From contig CAXULY010000004.1 in NCBI GenBank assembly GCA_964252075.1, positions 64,001 to 128,000 of the forward strand: a stretch of 64,000 bases of DNA, written 5' to 3'. The notes below the pieces were generated by a model. The model worked only from the letters and a program-made list of their open reading frames with translations, did not search any database and was not told where the DNA came from. Of the stretch, positions 1-10,442 are shown piece after piece (position 1 is the stretch's first letter; the number at the start of each line of letters is the position of its first letter). Source of the DNA: an uncultured Deinococcaceae bacterium. GTDB taxonomy: Bacteria > Deinococcota > Deinococci > Deinococcales > Deinococcaceae. Made by a program: the position numbers and the translations under genes.

Positions 1-111
1 GCGGCCCAGGTGCGCGAGTCGCGCCTGAATGGAGCGGTAGTGCGGCCTGACCTCGCCGCTCGGGAGGAACATCTCGTCGAAAAACTCGCCCGGCGCGTAT
101 GCATCGAACAC
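1..111 (-). CDS. 5' end of a circularly permuted type 2 ATP-grasp protein (runs off window start)
   Basis: Hand translation from GTG at 111 with a GGAGG RBS: VFDAYAPGEFFDEMFLPSGEVRPHYRSIQARLAHLGR. FFDEM..G.VRPHY is the typical N-terminus of this family. Not in the ORF track. Confidence 0.7.
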   Translation of the reverse strand, partial: MFDAYAPGEFFDEMFLPSGEVRPHYRSIQARLAHLGR

Positions 112-286
112 TGTGGGGCCCTCCGCGTTTGGGTTGTTATAGCGGTGACGATGGGCTGCGTGCAAGATTTGTCTGACATCAGGCAGAAAAACAGGGGCTT
201 CGTGTCGTGGTTACGCTATAAGGCTGCACCTTGTTCACGTGAGCCCGAACGCCCCTGAGGTGAGGGGCGGGCGGTAGACTCCCTGC

Positions 287-589
287 ATGCCTGGAACCAT
301 CTCTCCTGAGGACCGCGCCCACCTCGACCCGGTGTTCATGCAGGTGGTGCTGGCCGTGCAGGCCGAAGCGCAGCAGAGTAAACCCGAGCAGCCCGGCAAC
401 CTCGCTGCGATGTTCCACCGCGAGCAGGTCGCGGAGGCGCTGCAGGGCTGCGCCATGCTGATCGCCGGCTGGAACGCGGGCGGCGTGGATGAGGCGGGCG
501 TGACGCGCGCCAGCAAGGCCCTGCGCGGCCTCGGCCTGCGCGAACTCGCGGAGCGCGTGGAGAAACTCCCCCACATCGCGGGCGGCTGA
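287..589 (+). CDS. hypothetical protein (100 aa, helical)
   Basis: Coding-like codon usage; TAGACT -10 box at 275-280, 6 nt before the ATG. Confidence 0.75.
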   Translation: MPGTISPEDRAHLDPVFMQVVLAVQAEAQQSKPEQPGNLAAMFHREQVAEALQGCAMLIAGWNAGGVDEAGVTRASKALRGLGLRELAERVEKLPHIAGG

Positions 590-595
590 GCGCCC

Positions 596-1162
596 TCAGC
601 GCATCACGCGCCGGAAGTCGTCAGTGCCCGTGAACACGTGCGCCTCCCACCCGGCGGCGCGCGCCGCGTCCACGTTCGCGGGCGCGTCATCCCAAAACAC
701 GATGCGCTGCGCGCCCGGCAGGGCCTCCGTCACGCGCGCGTAGTACGCGGCGTCCGGCTTGCGCGCGCCGACCAGGCAGCTCGCGAAGGTGCCCGCCGCG
801 AACTCCGCGAAGCGCATGGTGTCCAGCAGGTAGGTCAGGCGGTGCCGCTCCTGGTTCGTGGCGAGGTGAATGTGCCACCCGCGCCCCCTCAGGTCGCGCA
901 GGGCGTCCAGCAGGGCGGCGTCCGGGTGGTTCTCGCTCTCGAACCACTCGCGCAGGAAGACGTCAAGGTCGTTCGGGCGGCCCATGCGCGCGAGGAGGTC
1001 TGGCAGGTGGTCCCGCAGGTCCGCCTGCCCGGTGGAGCAGGCGAGGAAGGGGCCATAGAAGAAGTCGCGGGTGGCCTCCGGGTGCTCGCGCATGAGGCGC
1101 GCGCCGAACAACTCGGGCGGCTGGACGAGCACCCCGTCCACATCCATTAGCAGGACGTTCAT
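596..1162 (-). CDS. HAD-superfamily hydrolase
   Basis: MDVDGVL motif I, ATN motif II, RKPD and WDD..NV motifs; start at ATG 1162 preceded by TAGATT. Confidence 0.9.
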   Translation of the reverse strand: MNVLLMDVDGVLVQPPELFGARLMREHPEATRDFFYGPFLACSTGQADLRDHLPDLLARMGRPNDLDVFLREWFESENHPDAALLDALRDLRGRGWHIHLATNQERHRLTYLLDTMRFAEFAAGTFASCLVGARKPDAAYYARVTEALPGAQRIVFWDDAPANVDAARAAGWEAHVFTGTDDFRRVMR

Positions 1163-1172
1163 GCCCCCCAAT

Positions 1173-2762
1173 CTAGAGGGCGTCGCGGGTGCGCGCGCCG
1201 TCCAGCAGGCGCCACAGGCCGAGCGGGTTCGCGGCCTGCAGTTCGGGCGGCAGGGCGGCGTCCGGGAAGTCCTGCCAGCAGACGGGCCGCGCGAAGCGCG
1301 ATATGGCGCCCGTGCCGACGCTGGTGCTGCGCCCGTCCCCGGTGGCGGGGTAGGGCCCGCCGTGCACCATCGCGTACCCCACCTCCACGCCCGTCGGGAA
1401 GCCGTTGAGGATCACGCGGCCCGCACGGTCCTGCAGCGCCGCGACGAGCGGGGCGAGGGTGGGGAGTTCGTGCGCTTCGGCGTGCAGGGTGGCGGTCAGC
1501 TGCCCTTCCAGCCCAGACAGCGCGCGGGCGAGTTCGGTCACGTCCTGATACCGAACGGCGAGGCTGAGCGGCCCAAACACCTCGTGCGCGAGCGCCGGGT
1601 CGGCGGCGAAGGTGCCCAGTGGCACCTCGTACAGCGCGGCGGGTACGGGTAGGTCGTCCGTGGGGGCGGGGGGCGTGAGGACAGCTGCGCCCGCGTGCGC
1701 GTCCAGGGCGGCGCGTCCGTGCCCGTACGCGGCGCGGATGGTCGGGCTGAGGAGCGTCGCGCTGGGCAGGGCCGCGAGGCGCTCCGCCACATCGCTCAGG
1801 AAGGCGTCCCCAATCTCCCCTTCTGGCACGAACAGCAGGCCCGGCTGCGTGCACAGCTGCCCGCCCGAGCCCGCAATGCTCGCCACTAGGCCCGGCGCGA
1901 TGCCTGCCGCGCGCGCGGCGAGGGCCGCCGCGGTGAACACCGTGGGGTTCACACTGCTCATCTCGGCGTACACGGGGATGGGCACGGGGCGCTCCTGCGC
2001 GGCGCGCGTGAGGGCGAGGCCGCCCGCGCGGGAACCCGTGAAGCCCACCGCACGGATGCGCGGGTGGCGCACGAGGGCCTGCCCGAGGTCCGTGCCGTCG
2101 CTCTGCAGGAGGGCGAACACGCCCGCCGGGACGCCGCTCGCGTCCGCCGCGCGCGCGATGGCGGCGCCCACCAGGGCGGACGTGCCGGGGTGCGCGGGGT
2201 GCGCCTTCACGACCACAGTGCAGCCCGCCGCGAGGGCGGAGGCGGTGTCGCCGCCCGTGACGCTGAAGGCCAGCGGGAAGTTGCTCGCGCCGAACACCGC
2301 GACCGGCCCGAGCGGCACCAGCATGGAGCGCAGGTCCGGCTTCGGGGCCGGGGTGCGGTTGGGGTCCGGGCGGTCCAGGCGCGCGTCCACCCACGAGCCC
2401 TCCTCGACCAGCGCCGCGAAGAGGCGCAGCTGCCCAGTCGTGCGGGCCAGTTCGCCGCGCACGCGCGCCTCGGGGAGGGCGCTCTCCGGCATCACGCGCG
2501 CGACGATGGCCTCGCCGTCCGCCTCCAGTTCGGCGGCGATGGCGCGCAGGAACGCACCGCGCGCCGCGCCGGGCAGGGCGGAGTACGCGGGGAAGGCGTC
2601 CGCCGCGGCCTGCACGGCGGCCTCGATCTGGTCGTCCGTGGCGGCCTGGAAAACGCCGGCGAGCGGTTCGCCGCGTGGGGTGCGGGCTTGAAAAGTGTGT
2701 GCACCCGCGCCGGTCGGCTGGCCGCGCACGAGGGAGCTGAGGGGGAAGGTCACGTCGGGCAT
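1173..2762 (-). CDS. NADP-dependent aldehyde dehydrogenase (alpha-ketoglutaric semialdehyde dehydrogenase-like)
   Basis: FGASNFPLAFS, FTGS, EMSSVNP, GQLCTQPG, EVFGP and HGGPYPAT motifs; lies in the hydroxyproline operon. Confidence 0.9.
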   Translation of the reverse strand: MPDVTFPLSSLVRGQPTGAGAHTFQARTPRGEPLAGVFQAATDDQIEAAVQAAADAFPAYSALPGAARGAFLRAIAAELEADGEAIVARVMPESALPEARVRGELARTTGQLRLFAALVEEGSWVDARLDRPDPNRTPAPKPDLRSMLVPLGPVAVFGASNFPLAFSVTGGDTASALAAGCTVVVKAHPAHPGTSALVGAAIARAADASGVPAGVFALLQSDGTDLGQALVRHPRIRAVGFTGSRAGGLALTRAAQERPVPIPVYAEMSSVNPTVFTAAALAARAAGIAPGLVASIAGSGGQLCTQPGLLFVPEGEIGDAFLSDVAERLAALPSATLLSPTIRAAYGHGRAALDAHAGAAVLTPPAPTDDLPVPAALYEVPLGTFAADPALAHEVFGPLSLAVRYQDVTELARALSGLEGQLTATLHAEAHELPTLAPLVAALQDRAGRVILNGFPTGVEVGYAMVHGGPYPATGDGRSTSVGTGAISRFARPVCWQDFPDAALPPELQAANPLGLWRLLDGARTRDAL

Positions 2763-2776
2763 GGGTCTCCTGGGGG

Positions 2777-3502
2777 TTACTGGTAGGTCAGGCCGCGCCG
2801 CCGGGCGGCGGGCACGCGTGCGGGGCGCAGCTCGATGTGGCCGGGCAGCACGCGCGGGTCGAGGGCCAGCAGGTCCACGATGACCTGCGCGACGTCCTCC
2901 GGCTGGAGCTTCCAGTCGCTGGGTTCGTTCGGGTCGGTGATGGGCGTGGCGACACTGCCGGGCAGCACCGTGCAGACGCGCACGCCCTGCTCGCGCAGGT
3001 CGAGGGCGGCGGCGTCCGCGAGGGCCAGCAGGCCCGCCTTGCTGGCGGCGTAGGCGGCGCTCTCCGGGTACGGATGCTGCGAGGCGAGCGAACCGACCAT
3101 CAGGGCCAGCCCGCGCCCCGAGGCGGTCAGGGCGGGCAGGCAGGCGGTGAGCGTCAGGAACGCGCCGGTCAGGTTGGTGTCCAGGGTGGCCCGCCAGTCC
3201 CCTAGACCCAGCTCACCCACGGGGGCGTAGCGGGCGATGCCCGCCGCGTACACCAGCGCGTCCAGGCGCCCCCAGCGGTCCTGGGTGGCACGCACGGCCC
3301 CCTGCACCTCCGGCTCGCGCGTCACGTCGGCGGGGCAGGCCAGGGCGGCGTCCCGGAGTTCGGCGCTCAGGGCGTCCAGCGCCACGCGGTCGCGGGCGAG
3401 CAGGGCCACCCGCGCGCCCGCCGCGGCGAGCGCGCGCGCCACCGCGCGCCCGATACCCCCGCTCGCGCCGGTCAGCAGCACCACCTGGCCCGCGAGGGTC
3501 AC
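2777..3502 (-). CDS. SDR family oxidoreductase
   Basis: TGASGGIG and YAASK motifs; GTGA overlap with the upstream gene. Confidence 0.9.
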   Translation of the reverse strand: MTLAGQVVLLTGASGGIGRAVARALAAAGARVALLARDRVALDALSAELRDAALACPADVTREPEVQGAVRATQDRWGRLDALVYAAGIARYAPVGELGLGDWRATLDTNLTGAFLTLTACLPALTASGRGLALMVGSLASQHPYPESAAYAASKAGLLALADAAALDLREQGVRVCTVLPGSVATPITDPNEPSDWKLQPEDVAQVIVDLLALDPRVLPGHIELRPARVPAARRRGLTYQ

Positions 3503-4401
3503 GCGGGGACGGCGGGGCGGTTGGCGAGGGCCTCGCGGACCAGGGCGCGCACCTCCTGCGCCTCCGCCTCCGTGAGTTCCAGGCGCGGCGGGCGCACGCG
3601 CGCGGAGCCCATGCCGACCTCCTCCTGCACGAACTTGATGAGCTGCACGAACTTCAGCACCGTGTCCAGGCGCAACAGGGGCAGGAACCAGCGGTACAAC
3701 TCCGTCGCCTCCTGAATGCGGCCCGCGCGCGCGAGGTCGTACAGGCGCACGCTCTCCTCGGGGAACGCACTCACGAGGCCCGCCACCCAGCCTTCCGCAC
3801 CCGCCTGCACGCCCTCCATCAGCGCGTCGTCCACGCCGACCAGCACGCGCACGCGCTCGGGCAGCAGGGCGCGCAGCGCCGTCACGCGGCGCACGTCCGC
3901 GCTGGACTCCTTCACGCCCATGAGGTTCGGGTGCGCCTCAGCCAGTTCCGCGATCTGCTCGGGCAGGAAGTCCGTCTTGTACGCGATGGGGTTGTTGTAC
4001 AGCATGCACGGCAGGTCCGTGGCGCCCAGGACGGCCGCGACGTGCGCGCGCATCTCGCGCCAGTCGCTGGCGTACACGTAGGGGGGCAGCACCATCAGGC
4101 CCCCGCACCCCGCCTCCTGGGCGGCCTGCGCGAGGCGCACGGCGGCGGCGGTGCTGAGCGACGCGATGCCCGGAATGACGGGGCGGTCCCCGGCGGCGGC
4201 CACCAGCGTGCGCAGGATGGCAACCTTCTCCTCGAATTCCAGGGTGGCGCTCTCGCCGAGCGACCCGAGCGGGATGAGGCCCGTGCAGCCCGCGTCGAGC
4301 ATCTGCCGCGCGTGGCGCGCGAGGAAGTCGTGGTCCACGCTGAGGTCCGCGTGGAATGGCGTGGTGATGGCAGGCAGCACTCCGGTGAAGGGGTTGGTCA
4401 T
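3499..4401 (-). CDS. dihydrodipicolinate synthase family protein, probable 1-pyrroline-4-hydroxy-2-carboxylate deaminase
   Basis: C-terminal part of ORF 3499..5823 from MTNPFTGVLPAITTPF; GSLGE, LYNNP and GVKESS motifs; AAGGAG RBS. Confidence 0.88.
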   Translation of the reverse strand: MTNPFTGVLPAITTPFHADLSVDHDFLARHARQMLDAGCTGLIPLGSLGESATLEFEEKVAILRTLVAAAGDRPVIPGIASLSTAAAVRLAQAAQEAGCGGLMVLPPYVYASDWREMRAHVAAVLGATDLPCMLYNNPIAYKTDFLPEQIAELAEAHPNLMGVKESSADVRRVTALRALLPERVRVLVGVDDALMEGVQAGAEGWVAGLVSAFPEESVRLYDLARAGRIQEATELYRWFLPLLRLDTVLKFVQLIKFVQEEVGMGSARVRPPRLELTEAEAQEVRALVREALANRPAVPA

Positions 4402-4406
4402 GGTGG

Positions 4407-5951
4407 TCACTCCTTGAGGGGCGAGGGGGTGGTGAGCAGGGCCTGCACGGGGATGGGTTGCAGGGGGGCGCGGGGGGTCGCTTCGGGCGGCCAGCCGTAC
4501 AGGTGCTGGGTGGCGGGCGCGCACACGCGGCCCTGGCAGGCGCCCATGCCGCAGCGCGTGTGCAGTTTCGCCTCGCGCCAGCCCGCGTGCGGGGCGAGCG
4601 CGGCGTGCGGCACGGCCTCGCAGCGGCACACGGTGGTGTCCGGGGCGGGAAGGTCGCGCAGTTCGGGCCGTAGGGCGAAGGCGCGGTCCAGGGCCGCCGC
4701 GAAGGCCGCCTCGCCCGCGCGGGCGGCGAGGGCGAGGGGCAGGGCCTCCACGCGGCCAGCTACAGTGAGGCCCGCGACGCGCCCCCCCGCGCGGGCGGCG
4801 GGCGCTCCAGCCACGCCCGTGACCTCCCCCGCCGCGAACACGCCCGGCACGCTGGTGAGGCCGTAGGCGTTCACGATGACCGCGCCGTCCGGGGTGACGG
4901 CGCAGCCCAGGGCGCGCGCGAGGCGCGTCTCGGGCACCAGCCCGAAGCCCACCGCGAGGCGGTCCACGGGCAGCGTCACGCGCCGCGCGCCACGCTGCAC
5001 AGTCACGGCCTCCAGCCGCTCCGCACCGTGCGCCTCGACGGGGTAACTGCCCAGCCAGTACGGCACGCCCGCCAGCCCGAATCCGAGGCCCGCCGCCTGC
5101 CGCGCCCGACCGGGATCGCGCGCGAGGGCCGCCCCGAAGCCTGCGAGCTGCCGGACCGGCGCCTGCTCCGCGATGGCGAGGACGCGTGCGCCGTGCGCCC
5201 GCAGGCCCGCCGCGACCGCCAGCAGCAGCGGGCCGCTGCCCGCCACCAGCATGCGCTGGCCGCGCACGTTCAGGCCGTCCTTCGCCATCACCTGCAGGGC
5301 GCCCGCGCCGGTCACGCCGGGCAGCGTCCAGCCGGGGAAGGGCAGGAAGCGCTCCAGGGCGCCCGTGGCGAGCAGCACGCGGCGCGCGCGCACCGTGAGG
5401 GCCGCGCCGCCCTGTACGACCAGGAAGCGGAAGCCGTCCGGGGTGGCGTCCAGCACCGCCGCGACGCTCGCGCCCGCGAGGGTGCGGATGTGCGGGTCGG
5501 CCTGCACGCGCGCCACCAGCGCGCCCGCCTCGCCCGACCCGGCGCGGGCGCCGCGCCAGATCTGCCCGCCCGGTCCGGGGCCCGCGTCCAGCAGCAGGAC
5601 CTGCACGCTTCCGGACGCGGCGGCGAGGGCGCCCTCCAGTCCGGCGGGACCCGCGCCCACCACGAGGAGCTCCGTTTCGAGGGTCCGGGACGCCTGGGGG
5701 GTCGGCGTCACCTCGGGCCGCCCGGTCTCGACCTGCATGCCGTCCTGCGCGCGGGTGAGGCAGGTGGTGACGGGCACGCCGTCCACCCACGCGCGGCAGT
5801 CCTGACAGCTCCCCATGCCGCACAGCGGCGCGCGCGGCGAGCCGTCCGGCGCGGGGTGCAGGGGCAGCGCGCCCGCCGCGCCCAGCGCCGCGAGGACGCT
5901 CGCGCCCTCCGGCACGCGCACGGGCTGACCGTTCACGCGCAGCTCAGGCAT
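4407..5951 (-). CDS. 2Fe-2S/FAD-dependent oxidoreductase; D-hydroxyproline dehydrogenase accessory subunits fused in one chain
   Basis: N-terminal CGMGSCQDC..C ferredoxin, central GAGPAG and ATGALER, C-terminal CRCE..CGMGACQGRVC BFD-like cluster; start MPELRVNG. Confidence 0.85.
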   Translation of the reverse strand: MPELRVNGQPVRVPEGASVLAALGAAGALPLHPAPDGSPRAPLCGMGSCQDCRAWVDGVPVTTCLTRAQDGMQVETGRPEVTPTPQASRTLETELLVVGAGPAGLEGALAAASGSVQVLLLDAGPGPGGQIWRGARAGSGEAGALVARVQADPHIRTLAGASVAAVLDATPDGFRFLVVQGGAALTVRARRVLLATGALERFLPFPGWTLPGVTGAGALQVMAKDGLNVRGQRMLVAGSGPLLLAVAAGLRAHGARVLAIAEQAPVRQLAGFGAALARDPGRARQAAGLGFGLAGVPYWLGSYPVEAHGAERLEAVTVQRGARRVTLPVDRLAVGFGLVPETRLARALGCAVTPDGAVIVNAYGLTSVPGVFAAGEVTGVAGAPAARAGGRVAGLTVAGRVEALPLALAARAGEAAFAAALDRAFALRPELRDLPAPDTTVCRCEAVPHAALAPHAGWREAKLHTRCGMGACQGRVCAPATQHLYGWPPEATPRAPLQPIPVQALLTTPSPLKE

Positions 5952-7059
5952 GCACGGCCTCCGCGAAACGCTGCGGGGTGAGGGCGTACTCGTCGGCCTT
6001 GAGGGGCGTGGCCTGACCGGTGAGGTGCGCGGCGAGCAGTTCCGCCGTGCCGAGCGCCGTCGTGACGCCCAGGCCCTCGTGCCCCACCGCGAGGTACACG
6101 CCCGAATGGTCCGGGTGCGGCCCGATGATGGGCAGGTGGTCGGGCGTCGCGGCGCGCAGGCCCGTCCAAGCGCGCAGGGCGGTCGCCTCATGCAGGCCCG
6201 GCAGGTACTCGGCGGCGCGCGCCAGCATGCGGCGCAGCATGCCCCAGTCCAGCTCCGGCACTTCCCGTCCGAACTGGCGGCTGGAGCCCACCAGCAGCTG
6301 CCCGCCGGGGCGCGGCTGCACGTTGAAGGCGACGCTGTCCGTGTCACTGCCGTGCGCGCTCTTCAGGTACCCGAGCTCCACAAGCTGGTGCTGCACGCTG
6401 TCCGGCGCACGCTCCGTGATGAGCAGGTGCCCCTGCCGGGCGCGCAAGGGCAGCTCGGGCAGCAGGCGCGCCGCGCCGATGCCGCCCGCGAGGACGGTGA
6501 GGTCCGCGCGCAGGGTATCGCCGCCCGCGAGGCGCACGCCGCCTGGCACGAGGGCCGTGGCGGCCTCCCGGCGCACGGTGGCGCGCGCCTGCTCCAGCAG
6601 GAACGCGGCGGTGAGGGGCGCGTACACCACCGCGTCTCCCGGCACGCGCAGGCCGCCCGCGAGGCCCGCGCGCAGGGCGGGCTCCCGCCGCGCGAGTTCG
6701 GCCGGACCAATCACGTCGCTCGCCACGCCCGCCGAGGCGTACAGGGCCTGCTTGGCGGGCGTGGCAGCGAGTTCCTCCGCGTCCGCCGCGACCCACAGGG
6801 TGCCGCAGGTGCGGTACTCCGCGCGGTCAGGCAGGCGCGGCGCGAGGTCCCGCCACAGCTCCAGGCTGCGCGCGGTGAGGGCGAGCTGCGCGGGGCTGTC
6901 GTCCATCACGACGAGGTGCCCCATCCCAGCGGCGGTCGCGCCGCCCCCCACCGGGCCAGCCTCCAGCACCGTGACCGCGTACCCGGCACGGGCGAGGGCC
7001 GCCGCACACGCCGCGCCCACGATGCCCGCCCCGATCACCAGCGCGGTCGGCACGCTCAC
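5944..7059 (-). CDS. FAD-dependent D-amino acid oxidase family protein, probable D-hydroxyproline dehydrogenase catalytic subunit
   Basis: [18 protein letters not shown] and GHEGLG motifs; GTG start overlaps the epimerase stop. Confidence 0.88.
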   Translation of the reverse strand: MSVPTALVIGAGIVGAACAAALARAGYAVTVLEAGPVGGGATAAGMGHLVVMDDSPAQLALTARSLELWRDLAPRLPDRAEYRTCGTLWVAADAEELAATPAKQALYASAGVASDVIGPAELARREPALRAGLAGGLRVPGDAVVYAPLTAAFLLEQARATVRREAATALVPGGVRLAGGDTLRADLTVLAGGIGAARLLPELPLRARQGHLLITERAPDSVQHQLVELGYLKSAHGSDTDSVAFNVQPRPGGQLLVGSSRQFGREVPELDWGMLRRMLARAAEYLPGLHEATALRAWTGLRAATPDHLPIIGPHPDHSGVYLAVGHEGLGVTTALGTAELLAAHLTGQATPLKADEYALTPQRFAEAVHA

Positions 7060-7985
7060 AGCCCCCAGGCGAAGGGGTCGGCGTCGTCGATGAGCAGGTC
7101 GCCCTGCGCGGTCACGAAGGCGCGGCCCGTGATGGTGGGGTGCACCTCGCCCTCCCGCAGCTCGTAGCTCGCCTCGAAGCGGCTGAGGATCACGCTCTCC
7201 TGCACCCAGGTCTCGCCAGGCGCGAGGCGGCCCTCCGCGGCGAGGCAGGCGAGTTTCGCGCTGGTGCCGGTGCCGCACGGGGAGCGGTCGTAGGCGCCGC
7301 CGGGGCACAGCACGAAGCTGCGTGCGCTCGCGCCGTCCTCGCCGGGCACGACGAGTTCGATGTGGTCGATGACCGCGCTGTCCTCGCCCGTCACGCCCGC
7401 TTCTTCCAGGGCGGTGCGGACGCTGGAGGCGAACGCGGTCAAATCCTGCACCCGCTCCGGCGCCACCGACTGCCCGTGGTCCTCGCTGATGAAGAACCAG
7501 TTGCCGCCCCACGCCACATCCCCGTGCAGGGGGCCGTGGCCGGGCACGGTCACCTCGACGGCGTGGCGGTGCACGCGCGCGGGCACGTTCGCGACGCTCA
7601 CGCGGCCATCCGCGTGCAGTTCCGCCTCCACGACGCCCACCGGGGTGTCCAGGCGGTGTCGCCCCGGACCGATGCGACCCAGGAACGCCAGGGTGGTCAT
7701 CACGCCGATGGTGCCGTGCCCGCACATGCCGAGCATCCCCGCGTTGTTGAAGTAAATGACGCCCGCCACGCAGTCCGGCGCCTTCGGGGGGAGCAGCAGG
7801 GCGCTCACGAGCACGTCGTGGCCGCGCGGCTCGTTGTTGATGGCTCGCCGCCAGCGGTCGAAGTCGCGCGAGAAGGCGGCGCGCTGCTCCGCGAGGGTCG
7901 CGCCGGGCAGGTCGGGCAGGCCGCCCGTCACGATGCGGGTGGGTTCGCCCGCCGTGTGGCTGTCCACGAAGGGAATGCGGATCAC
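7056..7985 (-). CDS. 4-hydroxyproline 2-epimerase (proline racemase family)
   Basis: [15 protein letters not shown] and DRSPCGTGT (both catalytic Cys present); operon context. Confidence 0.92.
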   Translation of the reverse strand: MIRIPFVDSHTAGEPTRIVTGGLPDLPGATLAEQRAAFSRDFDRWRRAINNEPRGHDVLVSALLLPPKAPDCVAGVIYFNNAGMLGMCGHGTIGVMTTLAFLGRIGPGRHRLDTPVGVVEAELHADGRVSVANVPARVHRHAVEVTVPGHGPLHGDVAWGGNWFFISEDHGQSVAPERVQDLTAFASSVRTALEEAGVTGEDSAVIDHIELVVPGEDGASARSFVLCPGGAYDRSPCGTGTSAKLACLAAEGRLAPGETWVQESVILSRFEASYELREGEVHPTITGRAFVTAQGDLLIDDADPFAWGL

Positions 7986-8037
7986 GCCCTGAGCCTACGC
8001 CTCGGGCCCGCCCCGGTCTTGTACGCTTTGAGAACCC

Positions 8038-8776
8038 ATGACGCCGATTCCTGCACACTCAGCACATACCGACTTCTGGGCGGGCGTGGCCGACCCTGGC
8101 GCGGCCCTCGGCGTGCTGGACCGCCTGCCGGGCGCGGTGGTGTTCGTGAAGGACGCGCGCTGCCGCTACGTGTTCGCGAACCACACGCTCGCCGCGCGCC
8201 TCGGCCTGCCGGGGCCCGAGGCGCTGCGCGGGCGCACGTCGGCGGAGGTGTTTCCCGTCCCCCTGGGAGAGCGGTATCTGGCACAGGACCGCGCGGTGCT
8301 GGCGGGCGAGGGCGTCACGGACCTGCTGGAACTGCACCTGTACCCGGGCGGCGCGGCGGGCTGGTGCCTCACCACCAAGCGCGCCCTCGCGGGGCACGCG
8401 GGCGACTGGGTAGGCGTGGCGGGCGTGTCGCGCGACGTGCCGTTGAGCGCGGACGCCGCACCGGGCCTCGCGGGCGCCGTGCAGCATATCCAGCAGTGGC
8501 ACGCGGGGCCGCTCTCGGTGGCGGACCTCGCGCGGCTCGCGGGCCTCAGCGTGTCCGCCTTCGAGCGCGCGTGCCGCCGCACCTTCGGCCTCACACCCGG
8601 ACAGCTCATCACGCGCGCGCCTGGACGCCGCGACGCGCCTCCTCGCGGAGGGGGACCTGCCGGTGGCGCGCGTGGCGGTGGAGGTGGGGTACTTCGACCA
8701 CAGCGCCTTCACGCGCGCCTTCCGCACGGCGGTGGGCCTCACGCCCAGCGAGTACCGCCGCCTGCGCGGGCGGTAA
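8038..8776 (+). pseudogene. PAS-domain AraC-family regulator with a frameshift at about 8612-8620 (pseudogene or sequencing error)
   Basis: Frame reads PAS + first HTH up to ..GLTPGQLITRA; the AraC signature LDAATRLLAEGDLPVARVAVEVGYFDHSAFTRAFRTAVGLTPSEYRR continues in another frame to TAA 8774-8776. Confidence 0.85.
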
Positions 8777-9128
8777 GAGGCGGTGCCGCAGGCTCAGGCG
8801 GCTGCCGTCCAGGAAGACCTCGCCGTCGGTGACGAGGGGCATCCAGCCCGCGCGCTCGTGTGGGGCGATGACAGGCCACGCGGCGTGCTCCACGTTCAGC
8901 GCGCCGCGCAGGACCAGGACGGTGATGGTGCAAAGCAACTTCCAGGAGGTGCAGCGCCGTGCCTGCGTGGAGCTTGGCGTGCGTCCCACTGGCGGACCTC
9001 AGCGTGATGGCGCCCGCTGTCTCCCGTTCAGCACCCCAACAACCTGAATCGAGAGAAGGAACGTGGCGGGGCAGCGAGCGTGCCGGGCCAGAGCACCGAC
9101 CCGGCGGCCTCCACCGTCACGCCTGCGG

Positions 9129-9911
9129 TCACTTCACGTTCTGGAAGTCCGGCTGGCGCTTCTCCCCGAAGGCGCGCAGGCCCTCCGCGTGCTCCGCGCC
9201 GCGGCCCGCCACGTCCTGCACCTGCGCCTCGAAAGCCAGCGCGTCATCGAGGGTGCTGGTCATGGCGGCGTGCAGCAGGCGCTTCGTGAGGCCCAGCGCC
9301 GTCACGGGCCGCGCGGCGAGGCGCGCGGCGTAGGCGTTCACCTCCAGTGCGAAGGCCTCGGCGGGCAGCACGCGCTCGCACAGGCCCATCTGCAGCGCGT
9401 CCTGCGCGTTCACGCGCTCGGCGAGCGCCATCAGCTCGAAGGCGCGGCTGTACCCCACCGCGCGCGGCAGCAGCCACGTCGCGCCCGCGTCCGGCACCAG
9501 CGCGATGCTGGAGAACGCGAGCGTCATGGTCGCCGCGCTCGACCACAGGCGGATGTCACCCGCCAGCGCGATGCTGGCGCCCGCGCCCGCCGCGACGCCG
9601 TTCACGGCGGTGATGACGGGCTTCTCCAGCGCCCGCATCGCCTGGATGAGGGGGATGTACGTGTGTTGCAGGTGCTCCGCGTACCCGCTCTGCACGGCGG
9701 ACTGCTCGGTGAGGTCCTGCCCGGCGCAGAAGCCGCGCCCGGCGCCCGTGATGACCACCACACGGACGGCGTCATCGCTGGCGGCGTCGCGCAGGGCCGC
9801 CGTGAGGGCCTGGGCGAGCGCGGTGTTCGCGGCGTTCAGCTTGTCGGGGCGGTTCAGGGTGAGGGTCAGCACGCCCGCTTCCACGGCGGACAGGATCGGG
9901 GTTTCGCTCAT
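9129..9911 (-). CDS. enoyl-CoA hydratase/isomerase (PaaG-like)
   Basis: LNRPDKLNA, FCAGQDL and NGVAAGAG crotonase motifs; TACCCT -10 box 6 nt before the ATG. Confidence 0.9.
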   Translation of the reverse strand: MSETPILSAVEAGVLTLTLNRPDKLNAANTALAQALTAALRDAASDDAVRVVVITGAGRGFCAGQDLTEQSAVQSGYAEHLQHTYIPLIQAMRALEKPVITAVNGVAAGAGASIALAGDIRLWSSAATMTLAFSSIALVPDAGATWLLPRAVGYSRAFELMALAERVNAQDALQMGLCERVLPAEAFALEVNAYAARLAARPVTALGLTKRLLHAAMTSTLDDALAFEAQVQDVAGRGAEHAEGLRAFGEKRQPDFQNVK

Positions 9912-10017
9912 GGGGACAGGGTACGGCAAGACGGCGCGGCGCTGGGGGTCGGCCGTCCGGGAGGCGGCTTCCCGCTCACACCGCGTGCCGCGCCCGCCCG
10001 GCGGTACACTGCGCCTC

Positions 10018-10434
10018 ATGAGTGAGCCCGCCCCTTCCCTGCCGGTCGTGCTGGCGCTGGACCTCAGCCCGCGGCGCATTGGTTTCGCGGTGAATCACGG
10101 CGCGCTGGCCTTCGGGCGGGGGAGCCGGGACCGCACGCGGCACAGCGCGGACCTGAAGGCGGTCGTCGCGAAGGCGCGCGCGGAGGGCGCGGCGCTCGCG
10201 GTGCTGGGCCTGCCGCTTCGCACGGACGGCAAGCCCAGTCCCGCCGCGGACCGCGCGCGGAGCTTCGGGCGGGAACTGGAGGCGGCGGGGTTGCCGGTCG
10301 CGTACCAGGACGAGCGCTTCACGACGCGCCGCGCGCGCGAGGCGGGCGCGCAGGACCTCGACGAGGCCGCCGCCGTGGAGATCCTGCAGCTGTACCTGAC
10401 GCGCCTGCTGCAGGCGGCCGCGCCGAGGGACTAA
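10018..10434 (+). CDS. ruvX: RuvX/YqgF family nuclease
   Basis: LALDLSPRRIGFA, LGLP, DERFTT and DEAAAVEIL motifs. Confidence 0.9.
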   Translation: MSEPAPSLPVVLALDLSPRRIGFAVNHGALAFGRGSRDRTRHSADLKAVVAKARAEGAALAVLGLPLRTDGKPSPAADRARSFGRELEAAGLPVAYQDERFTTRRAREAGAQDLDEAAAVEILQLYLTRLLQAAAPRD

Positions 10435-10442
10435 GCTGAAGC

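Noticed and set aside
211..227. TTACGCTATAAGGCTGC, resembling half of the Deinococcus RDRM (DdrO box)
   Set aside because: Only the left arm fits; the right arm is not complementary.
8790..9120. Coding-like minus-strand stretch (..ITVLVLRGALNVEHAAWPV..DGEVFLDG..)
   Set aside because: No clear start, stop or recognisable family. Possibly a gene remnant but not supportable.
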